From the human T2T-CHM13v2.0 reference genome, Homo sapiens, in NCBI RefSeq assembly GCF_009914755.1, contig NC_060929.1: DNA of 64,000 bases; one strand, written 5' to 3'. Under the pieces are notes generated by a model that was given only the letters and a program-made list of their open reading frames with translations, was not told where the DNA came from and ran no database searches. The position numbers and the translations under genes are program-made. This document shows, one piece after another, positions 52,475 to 64,000 of the stretch. Position 1 is the first letter of the stretch, and each line of letters begins with the position of its first letter.

Positions 52475-53823
52475 GTAGGTTGGCATTTTAAGCTCACACA
52501 ATCCTACCAAGGTGACAGTGAATCTCCTTATGACAGGATTGTGGGTCTGAGAGAGCTGTTGTAGCCTTTTACTCTCTCCAGTCAACAAAGATTGGCAACT
52601 ACAGGGTTACCACCTTTGGAGTCTCTTTCCTCCTGTCTGCCACGTCTACAGACTACTGCTTGTCAATGTGATATGCATGTATTTTCTTCTTCAGCTTTGC
52701 CCCTCCTGCCACTGTACCAGACAATATCCAGGAAATCCCCTACTACTGACACTCATCCCATTTCCATTGTTTTAGAGAAGGAACTAGTTGTTGTTGTTTT
52801 TTTTTCCCTGTCTCAGATTATGTCATCTATTTTGGAGTATTTTGGTCTAATGACTTTGGCTGCGATATGGAGCTATCTGACCTTTACTGCACCTGGCAGC
52901 TCTATCTCCTATTTTGGGGTTGAGGTTAAAGTGTCTTCTAGTTTTGTTGAAGATAGTTTATGTTTCTCTTCATATTTGATGATAATTTTTTAAATTAAGA
53001 CCTAATTTCTCCTTCATTTTCAAACTGGATATCATTTCTTTTGTGGTTAATATTCTTTGACAAGAAGGAAGAGGAGGAGGAAGAAGAACAAAAGAAGCCT
53101 GCCTCTCTTTAGACTGCCCATCTCAATTATATTTTAAAAATGAAGTTAATATCTGTCCTGCTAACAGTAGTGTTGTCAGAATCAAATGAAATAATATTTG
53201 GTAAACTATAAAGTGAAGACCAAATTTGAAGGACTATTTGTTTTTGTTGTAATAGAGTTGTATATAGTCCAGATGTCAACCAGGCCTCTTCAGCATTTTT
53301 ATAGTCAAAGATGTACAAGATAGCTCCTAATGCTCTTTTATGGCTGCTCCTGTTGCCAGGGCAACAGCCTGCCTAGTAACAATCTAACAGACACCCCCCA
53401 AAAACCAAAAAATAAAGGTTATTCTAGCATCTTCTCCTTTTAAAAATCTTTAAAATAAGAGAATTCAGTTCTTCCCAAAGCAGTGTTTAAAAAAAAAAAG
53501 TATTTAAATAAAATCAAGGATACCATCCCACCCACCTATCTTACATTGTGTGTGGTATGAGTGGCACCATTGTGTGACCCAGGTAGGATAGTGGATGTAC
53601 AGTTTAGATACCCATTTTAAAGCAGTTAGAAAGATGTAACTTGACAAGGAAAGCAGTCTCTTTTGTCATTCTACATTTAGTGCTTCAGGAGTACTTGATA
53701 TATGGAAGGATTTTTTTAAAAAAAAGGAAAAATGAATATGCCTTCAGAAAGTTTTTTGCTGCTTTTAAAAGCCATAGATTTGTCTTAAGTTAGTCAATGC
53801 TGAATAGAAAGCTTGATGATAAA

Positions 53824-53857
53824 GGTGGGTGGGTGGATGGATGGATGGATGAATGAA
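53824..53857. repeat. (GGGT)n/(GGAT)n/(GAAT)n simple repeat
   Basis: ggtgggtgggtggatggatggatggatgaatgaa. Confidence 0.8.
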
Positions 53858-56102
53858 GGAAAAATTAGGAGAAAAGAGAAAGCAGAGGAGGGGTGAGACA
53901 GAGAACAAAAGAACACAGGCTCTACTGTTAACAAAAAGCAGCATCGCTGATGTGTGGGGAATAAATTGGAAGTCATATCATTACGACTTTTTTTTCATGC
54001 CACATAGATATGCTGATTTGTCCAACAATGCCTGTACTCAAAAGTCATGACAATAAAATGAGACCTGGGAGTCCCAAGTGTTATTAACTACCACAATTTT
54101 ATATAACTGATTCTTCACTGGTCATCCAGAAGCCTTTTTGAAAGTCCCACTGCCATACCTGCCTCCTCGGTGAAATAGATGTAAAAGCCACAAAGAGAGA
54201 ATCAATGAGCCACACTCATATTGGAAGCGAATGGAGTTGACTTCACCAGTGGGAAAAGCAATTACTTTTCAAAGTGAAAACTGATCAATTCACAACTCAA
54301 GGAAAGCATGGAGTAATTTCAGAACTCCAGTAAGAAGTGATAAATGTCTAGTTTGGAATCATGTGGCTGAAAATCTTACCATATGCTTTCCACAGGCTGA
54401 GCAAGAGGATAGATCATTGAATAGATGCTTTAATTCCATTTTTGACAATGAACCTTGTGCTTCTGAAAATATTTATATTTAACCATGAGGTTATGATGAT
54501 TTTTTCTCTACACTTTTTGAGAAGCCTCTTCAGAAAAGAGCAAAGTTGTCTGCTCTAATGGATAGAATAAGGAGCTGGGAGAAAGGAGACCTGGGTATTA
54601 ATCTCAGCTCTACCACTACATGGTAGAGCTATGTAGTGGTAGACTATCTGGGAGACTCTAGAATCTTTACCATTCCCTCTACTATTCCTAGCTCCCTTTT
54701 CTTTCATAGTCAACAAGTGCTTTTTGAACAATTATTGAGGTAAATAACATACCCTAAAAGTTAGTACTGATTCCCATTATCATGCTCTGTTGTTCCCTGG
54801 ATGCTCTTTTGAGGAATTTACTTGGTTAATACAGTTAATAGTATAATACTTATAATAACAATTTTGAGAATTATCAGCATGAGACAATTTATTTGCATAA
54901 TAGCTTTTTGTTATTATCCAGAATACATTTAGTTCTGGATTTTGTTTGATATTGTGAATGCAAACTATTTTTTTGTGTTAGCCTAAATAAAATGAAATAC
55001 AGTTATGGAAATATTTCTGCTGCAAGAAAAGAATTACATACAACTAGTATACATATTTAGAGGTGCTGTAGTCTTCTAGACTGTAAAGGCAGATGGCCGT
55101 GAGTGGAAATCTGAGTGTATAGGATGTGTTTCGTGTTCCCACTGCATATGCATTATTACCCTTGTCTGAGTGGTTGTTTAAACTGACATCTGTAAAACTA
55201 ATCTGTAAAGTGAGATCTGGGTTCTGACCTATCTCTTACAGTCCATAATGTTGTGATTCTAAGAATATTTCATTCCTTACTGCTTTCTGCCCTCCATTCT
55301 GACCAATGCTGCAACCACAAATAAAAACATTACTTACCCTATGAGAAAGACTAGACCTTATACTCATTTTATCTTAACAGTTTATTATAACTCATTTTGA
55401 CCACTCCTCCCTCAAAAAAAATTGTCCCTAGAAAACTAGAGTGATCATAGGGATCAGATGACATGTTACTGGGTGAAGCCAGGAAGCTACCATATACATA
55501 GAAAAGTTAGTTGCCAAATATGGTGTGGGAATTTGGGAGGAATTTATCTGCTCAAAAACTCTCACCTACTTACTAGATCTAGTGTTTGTAATGTTAGCCT
55601 TGGAGATTCTACCTTAAAAATATCATTGAGAAAGCTCAGAGAACTCCCAGGTAAACACAGGTAGCCCCTTCTAAAATGCAAATGTCCTTTGAAGGCCAGC
55701 TTTATTAATCTTGCCATTAACCCCATAGTTAATCATATGCATTTCTCACAGTGACCTGAAAACAGGCATTCCTTCTCTAAATGTGTGCTGAATGCTGGTT
55801 ATAAACCAGTTACTACACTAAGCCCTGATGATACAAATATGAAAAGTCCTGTTTCCAGGGAATTTACTTTCTAATGAGGAACCAAGTGCTCAAAAGCAGT
55901 CATAAAGTTCATGGCAAAATAACCCACATAATTAACTGCTTTGTTACAAAAACTTGGAAATATAGATAAAATATTTATTTTGGAAATATATGTTACAGGT
56001 GAAAAGCAAGAATTAAAACTAGTTATCTGAATGTAAAAGGAATCAACGGCTAAATCAAGCTTAAAGTCTTCCTGTCCAAGGGATATGAAAGGTACCTCAA
56101 CC

Positions 56103-56130
56103 TTTGGTTTTGGTTTTGGTTTTGGTTTTG
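56103..56130. repeat. (TTTTGG)n hexamer repeat
   Basis: tttggttttggttttggttttggttttg. Confidence 0.85.
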
Positions 56131-57107
56131 TTTTTTTGGTCAACATGAATTATAGCTAGGGGAAGAGATAAACAGGGGGTTAGGTTGTAGATTATATGCA
56201 TGACAGATTGCTGGAATTGGGCTCCATTCACAAAGGAGGGAGCAGGAAAGGGTTTCTCTTGACTGGACCACAAATATAAAATCTCATGCCCTCTCATTAT
56301 CTTGATAAGCCCTATAGGTCCATAAAAGAAATAAAATGCCAAAACATACCATGAGGACACTTTCACAATCCAGGGCACACACATGACTCCCGCAATAGGA
56401 AACCACACTGAAGACATTCTCACAATTTAAAACAAGTTGTAAACTACAGGAAACAGTTGGCATCCCAGGAGAGTTGTTGCCTGAGGAACTAGATGGTGGT
56501 ATGTTATTCTGGCATATAGGGAACAGAATAAGACATGAGGGTAGGAAGAGGTTTTTAAAAGCAAAGTTAGGCATTCAATGATGACTTCATAAATGTGCCT
56601 GGGCTGGCCTTTAATGGAAGGCTTTAATTTAGGGAACTTAAAGAATTTCATAATATTGGAGTATAAACTGCTGGAAATAAGGATGCTATTTAATAGACTC
56701 TCTTAGATTTTTCATAAAATGCTAATAGAATCCCAAAGGAAGTGTGTATTCTAAAATGTTATTGTGTATGTTATAAAAGCTTTGTAAAATAAAGTGATGT
56801 TAAGCTACTATTGTAAAGTTAAAAATTTTTTCAGTCATCTGTAATCTCATTACCCAAGTAAAACTGTTTTCATTTTTCCATTATCCCTTTTAGTTGTTTA
56901 TTTCCATTACCCTTAGGCATGTTAATGTAGTTGCAATCATTGTATTGTGAAAAAATTTGTCTTTCCTAAATTCTTTATATTGGACAATATTTCCTATGTT
57001 ACAAAATATTTATAAAGTTCATAAATATCACTTTAAAATTTTGGCATTTTTCTAAAAATTTTAAAATTTTTATTAGAGTAATACATACATATAATCTAGA
57101 AGGTCAA

Positions 57108-57326
57108 ATGTAATTCACCTATATAACAAACTTGCATTTGTACCCCTGAAACTAAAATAAAAGTTAAAAAAAAAAGGGAAAGAAACTTTGAGCTGAAAAA
57201 GTGGCCGCTATAATGATGTGAAATGGCATCTTCAAAATTTTGGTGGTGGTGGTGGTGGGTAACATAATTTATTCCTTAGTGGGAAAGACTTGTTTATCTT
57301 CTAACAATGGGAAGCTTGAGAATTAA
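57108..57326 (+). repeat. Direct duplicate of 59246-59456 (L1 3' end + unique flank)
   Basis: About 215 bp, roughly 90% identical by eye, incl. gaaactttgagctgaaaa, (tgg)5 and ttatcttctaacaatgggaagcttgagaattaa. Confidence 0.92.
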
Positions 57327-58281
57327 GTGACATACCAAAGTATGTCAAAATGCTTTGGTTCCTTGCCTCTTTTTTTCCCTTTACCTATACCCACACCTAC
57401 CTCAAGTCCCATTTTCTAAAAGGATCTCCTTTTAAGAGTACTAGCTTTTTCTTCAGATATTTACCACCATGTTTCTATATAGTAATGCTATACATCTATA
57501 TTTTGATTTACCAATTTTAGATATTATTTATTGACTTCTTGTTTTGGTAAGTAAGAAATTAACCTTCTAAACTCTACTCTTCCTCTTTTTCCTCCAATAA
57601 TTTAATATTATTAAGTCATTAATCAATGCTTATAGTATTAATGGCTACGTAAATATTGTTATTGCTGAGCCAAGTAGTATATTACGGTCATTTCTTATAC
57701 CATATTTGTTTCTGCTTGGAATTAATTATTTATTTGGTTTTCATTGTATACATATTTCAGATTCTTTAGATTCTTCAATGAATGTGTAAAGTAGAGCTCA
57801 GTATTATTTTCAACATTATAGATAACCATTTGCATCTTTTTTTTCTCCCTGAATATTTCCTCCTGTTGCTTGTTAATGGAAGCTGGGCCCAAAAAACTAG
57901 GAAAAAACAATGGCAGATTCTCAGAAATCAATCAATGTCATGTTATTATTGTTAAGAGTTGTGTGGCCCTACACAGAACCACTGAAAGAATTTGAAATGA
58001 ATGAAGGATTCATAAAATTCAGTTTCTAATGTTAGGCATGGAGACATTTATATTTTAAAAAGGACCAAAAAAATTGAAAATCCAGTAAGGCATATAGCCA
58101 ATTCGATAGAGGTGGCAAACTTGAAGATTTCTCTGAGTAGACAGAAGAATTAGACGATGTATATTTTGAATCTAAGGCATTCATGCTACACAACAACCTC
58201 CTTTTTTGGGTCATAGAATGCTTAACATAGCAACTATAAACAATGCTCTCAGTAAGAACATGAATCCAGTCCCTGCTCAGG

Positions 58282-59315
58282 CCAAAACAATTGCAACAAA
58301 AACAAAAACTGACAAATGGGACCTAATTAAACTAAAGAGCTTCTGTACAGCAAAAGAAACTATCAACAGAGTAAACAGACAACCTACAGAGAGGGAGAAA
58401 GTATTTGCAAACTATGCATCTGACAAAGGTGTAATATCCAGAATCTATAAGGAGCTTAAATAAGCAAAAAATAACCCCATTAAAAAGTGGGCAAAGGACA
58501 TGAACAAACACTTTCCAAAGAAGACATATATGTCACCAACAAGCGTATAAAAAATGTTAAACATTACTAATCAGAGAAATGCAAATTAAAACCAAAACAA
58601 GATACCATCTCACACCAGTCAGAATAGCTATTATTAAAAAGTAAAAAAATAGCATGCTGGCAGGGTTGCAGAGAAAAGGGAACACTTATACCCTGTTGGT
58701 GGGAATGTAAATTAGCTCAACCATTGTGGAAGGCAGTTTGGCAATTTCTCAAAGGACTTAAAACAGAACTACCATTCTACCCAGCAATCCCATTACTGGG
58801 TATATACCCAGAGGAATATAAATCATTCTATCATGAAGACACATGCATGTGTATGTTCATCGCAGCACTATTCACAACAGCAAAGACATGGAATCAACCT
58901 AAATGTCCATCAATGGTAGACTGGATAAAGAAAATATAGTACATATACACCATGGAATACCACCGAGCCCAAAAAAGAATGAGATGATATGCTCTGTATT
59001 AATAGCAACATGGATGCAGCTGAAGGCCATTATCCTAAGCGAACTAACACAGAAACAGAAAACCAAACACCACATGTTCTCACTTGGAAGTGGGAGCTGA
59101 ACATTGAGTCCACACAGACACAAAGAATTACAATAGGCACTAGGGCCTACGTAAAGGTGGAGGGAGTGAGGAGAGTGAGGATTGAAAAACTACCTATGCT
59201 TATTACCTGGGTGATGAAATAATCTCTACACCAAACCACCATAACATATAATTTACCTATATAACAAACTTGCATTTGTACCCCTGAGCCTAAAATATAA
59301 GTTAAAAAAAAAAAA
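58282..59315 (+). mobile_element. 5'-truncated older L1PA/L1PB 3' end
   Basis: ORFs 58206-58463 and 58724-58939 give L1 ORF2p C-terminal peptides; 3'UTR and A-tail. Confidence 0.92.
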
Positions 59316-59545
59316 GAAACTTTGAGCTGAAAAGGTGGCCACTATAATGGCATGAAGTGGTAGCTTCAAAATTTTGGTGGTGGTGGTGGTGGGTAACATA
59401 ATTTATTCCTTAGTGGGAAAGAGTTATCTTCTAACAATGGGAAGCTTGAGAATTAAATAGAGCAATATTTAAGGGATTCAAACTAAAGTAACAATATTTC
59501 TTGCATTAAAGAATTACTACATTTTTGTATTTTTATGTAACTAAG

Positions 59546-59867
59546 TTTTTTTTGTTTTTTTTGTTTTTTTTTTTTTGGAGTCAAGAGTCTTGCTCTGTCA
59601 CCCAGGCTGGAGTGCAGTGGCACGATCTTGGCTCACTGCAACCTCCACCTCCCAGGTTCAAGGTGATTCTCCTGCCTCAGCCTCCGAAGTAGCTGGGACT
59701 ACAGGCACACGCCACTACGCCCAGCTGATATTTTTGGTTGTATTTTTAGTAGAGACAGGGTTTTATCATGTTGGCCAGGCTAGTCTTGAGCTCCTGACCT
59801 CAAGTGATCTGCCCACCTCGGCCTCCCAAAGTGCTGGGATTACAGGTGTAAGCCATGGCACCTTGCC
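59546..59867 (-). mobile_element. AluSx-like
   Basis: T-tail and full dimer ending agccatggcaccttgcc. Confidence 0.9.
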
Positions 59868-61983
59868 TAATTGTAATATTTTTAAAAATTTAGCCAACTG
59901 TAGCTAACAGATCAGCCTTGTGATTCTAATTTTAAAACATGTAATTGATTTAATTTGATTTAAAATTCAAATCAAATTTAATTTATTTTCACATTATAAG
60001 AATTCCATGAGCACCTAGGAATGGTTTTCTGACATTTAAAGCATTTATAATGCAGTTTAAAGTGCTTAAATGGGTATTATGAACTCATCAAGAAAATGGA
60101 ACTGAACATCAATCAAAAGATCCTTCAAAAAGCTACTAAAATTTGCTGGATTTACAAATAGAAAATGTTATCTTTAAGTTGAACTTAAATGCTCACAGAG
60201 TTTGAATTTGTAACTTTAGTAAATTAAACATTTTAAAAGACAGACTACTCTCTAATCTTTTTTGTGTCCCCAAACTGCCCTTGAGGCCATTTAAAAAACA
60301 TTTAACAGGGTCACCTCCTTCTGCTCCAGTTTGGGCCAAATTCTCTCTAAGTTGCTTCCCCTAATTTCCTGTCTTACTTCATGTGTGTTTTAGATTCTCT
60401 GCCCGTACCTTCCTCTGAATCACATGGTGACAGGGTCACAGTGTTTTTCCAGGAAGGAGGAAGGGTAAGCCTAGAAACCACTGATGTCCCTTACACAGCT
60501 TTCATTCAAGTTCCATGCCATCATCCTTGCTTCCCAGTTACCATATGCCCCAAGCCTTTAGGCATTTCTTGGAGCATTCAGTTTGCTTTTCTTTGGTGTC
60601 CCTGTCTGCAGTGTCTTTGGTTGCAGTTGCCTCTGCTCTTTAAATTCATTATCACAATGTGTTGAGCTTTCTACTTTCCAAAAATTTGTTGACATCCCTC
60701 ATGTGATATTATTTTTATTCACATTCTCTTTATAGCTTATTATTAATATTATTTTATTTTTTTCTTGGTGTATAGTGGTTTGGGAAGGAAGTATAGATAA
60801 ATTGCACAAGTTCAACCTTCATTTAATGGGAAATCTTATTTTTTTATAACATGTATAATAGTCCATTAAGTGATGTACTGTAACTTGTTTAAATATCCCT
60901 TATTGTAAAGCACTTAAATTCCTTTCTTCCCTCCCCTCCCCTGCACCCCACTGTTTGTTTTCTTCTGATACATTACTTCATCGCAGTAAATCACAAGAGG
61001 TAGAATTATGGGGTGAAAAGCTGTAAAAGGATACGGTGTGGAATAGTAGAAAAAGTGTGGGCTTTGAAGATAGTACAATTCAACTCCTAGTTATGTTAAT
61101 TGCTAGCTACATGATAACCAATTTATTTTTTTTAAGTCTATCTGAGTCTCAATACTCAAATTCTAGATTAAGAGACAATATTTATTCTCAAAAATATTCT
61201 GCAAAGTAAATTAAGTAAAATTAAAGGAAATAAATAAAATTTAAAGTAGCTGTAAATATGACTTAAAATAATAAAAAGGAAAGTAGACACCATGATGTCA
61301 ATATCCTGTTATATAACTTCCTTAACAAACTTGTAATTCCACATTTACCATTTCTACCCTTGAAAAGTCTCAAGATTTGGAAAATTGCTATGTATCAAAT
61401 TACTTCTAAGTTTTCTCAAATGGCAAACACCCCAGGCTCTCCAGGCTAAGCATTTGAAAGTTGAACAGTGCTTTTTGCATCTAACTAGAGCTTAACAATT
61501 GGTATTATAAAAATGAGTAGTCTCACTAACAGGCTTTTGTAATCCATATATAAAGTTATTTTACCTTTCTGGAATCTTGCCAGCTTTTAGATATGACATT
61601 GAACTAGTATGAATGAGAAGACAGCTTCATTGACCCATTGTTCTACTTGTATTACTAATAAGCTAATTGCCAAAACTGCACAGAATATATTCCTAGTTTT
61701 GTTTCTGTTTTCAGTTGGAAGAGACTAATTTGTAACAAAATCTGTTTGGATTGAAACATGCCAAACTTTTGATTCCTGATTTATTATTATTTTTTAAAGA
61801 CTTGATAAGTTCTAGTGACCTGATTCATTCTTATCACACTAAAAATGAGCCACTAAATATTTTGTGTGTACATCTCACCTTCCATGACAACTTTATGAGA
61901 AACAAAAGTAGAAGCAAAATCATAGATGAGGGTAGTCATTAGAAGATCAGGAAGGAACATAAAGTTATGTAATTACATTTTCA

Positions 61984-62388
<405 letters not shown>

Positions 62389-62787
62389 TTAGCTGCATCA
62401 TAAATTGTTTTGCTGAGTTCTACAAAAAGCCCTGGGAAGTTAGCAAAGTATGTATTATTGTTCTTACTTGACAGATAAGACAGTCGACACCCAGAGAGGA
62501 AACACGTAAGACACTGACAAAACTAGAAAAAGAATTCAAGTTGCCCAACCTTTGTACATTTCTCTCTCAGGTTTATTTATGTTTAACTTTCAAACCTTGC
62601 TACGTGGCTATAGTTCTTAGGGATTTTTGTAGTTCATGATACAAATAACTGAAGACGTATTTTCCAAATTAAAAGCAGTATTTAGTTAGTATACAAAAAT
62701 TCAAGTAACTTGACTGGATACCAATAGTCTTCATTCAAGAAATATAGTTCATTTTTGTTTTTTATTTATTCAGCTTACATCTTAACT

Positions 62788-64000
62788 CTTTCTTTTCTTT
62801 CTTTTTTTTAATTATACTTAAGTTCCTGGGAGGCCGAGGCAGGCATATCACAAGATCAGGAGATCAAGACCATCCTGGCTAACACAGTGAAATCCCATCT
62901 CTACTAAAAAATACAAAAAACTAGGTGGGCGTGGTGGCAGGTGCCTATAGTCCCAGCTACTGGGGAGGCTGAGGCAGGAGAATGGCATGAACCCGGGGGG
63001 CGGAGCTTGCAGTGAGCCGAGATCGAGATCGCATCACTGCACTCCCGCCTGGGCGACAGAACAAGACTCTGTCCCAAAAATAATAATAATAATAATTAAG
63101 TTCTAGGATACATGTGCAGAACATGCAGGTTTGTTACATAGGTATACATGTGCCATGGTGGTTTGCTGCACCCATCAACCCATCACCTACATTAGGTATT
63201 TCTCCTAATGCTATCCCTAGCCCCCAACCTCCCAACAGTACCTGGTGTGTGGTGTTCCCCTCCCTGTGTCCATGTGTTCTCGTTGTTCAACTCCCACTTA
63301 TGAATGAGAACATGTGGTGTTTGGTTTTCTGTTCTTGTGTTAGTTTGCTGAGAATGATGGTTTCCAGCTTCATCCATGTCCCTACAAAGGATGTGAACTC
63401 ATCCTTTTTTATGGCTGCGTAGTATTCCATGGTGTATATGTGCCACATTTTCTTTATCCAGTCTATCATTGATGGGCATTTAGGTTGGTTCCAAGCCTTT
63501 GCTATTGTGAACAGTGCTGCAATAAACATATGTGTCCATGTGTCTTTTCAGACACATCTTTTTTTAGTAGAATGATTTATAATCCTTTGGGTGTATACCC
63601 AGTAATGGGATTGCTGGGTCAAATGGTATTTCTAGTTCTAGATCCTTGAGGGATCACCACACTGTCTTCCACAATAGTTGAACTAATTTACGCTCCCACC
63701 AACAGTGTAAAAGCATTCCTATTTCTCCACATCCTTTCCAGCATCTGTTGTTTCCTGACTTTTTAATGATGGCCATTCTAACTGGCGTGAGATGTTATCT
63801 CATTGTGGTTTTGATTTGCATTTCTCTAATGACCAGTGATGATGAGTATTTTTTCATGTGTCTGTTGGCTGCATAAATGTCTTCTTTTGAGAAGTGTCTG
63901 TTCATATCCTTTGCCCACTTTGTGATGGGGTGTTTGTTTTTTTCTTATAAATTTGTTTAAGTTCCTTGTAGATTCTGGTTATAGCCCTTTGTCAGATGAA
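62788..64000 (-). mobile_element. L1PA 3' portion (runs off the window end), interrupted by AluY
   Basis: T-tail + attatactttaagttc-type terminus; ORF 63287-63529 is L1 ORF2p C-terminus. Confidence 0.93.
62827..63095 (+). mobile_element. 5'-truncated AluY inserted in L1PA 3' end
   Basis: Starts at tgggaggccgagg; (TAA)n tail; TSD ttaagttc at 62818-62825 and 63096-63103. Confidence 0.9.

Overview
AT-rich, CpG-poor primate (very likely human) genomic DNA carrying the 3' part of PPIP5K2 (HISPPD1/VIP2, the bifunctional inositol pyrophosphate kinase/phosphatase) on the + strand. I traced 18 GT-AG coding exons by hand from 23 to the stop at 45720-45722. They encode the histidine-acid-phosphatase-like domain and the disordered C-terminal tail. 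Their lengths fit the 1243-aa isoform as I recall it: NLS RRRRR at 1001-1005, R837 at 18067 and S1228 at 45672. The 3'UTR has poly(A) signals near 46.7 and 47.4 kb, followed by repeat-rich downstream DNA. Repeats include Alu, L1, L2/MIR, MaLR/ERVL LTRs, hAT and Tigger elements, and a near-full-length HSMAR2 mariner nested in Tigger2a. The most interesting region is a transposon-poor, TGCATG-dense splicing module at about 25-36 kb. It contains candidate extra exons, most notably a 16-nt microexon that is sterically exclusive with the 63-nt cassette exon and is frame-rescued by a 128-nt partner exon. There are also several local templated duplications and inversions. Repeat subfamily names come from recalled consensus sequences and are tentative, and no candidate exon has been checked against transcript data.
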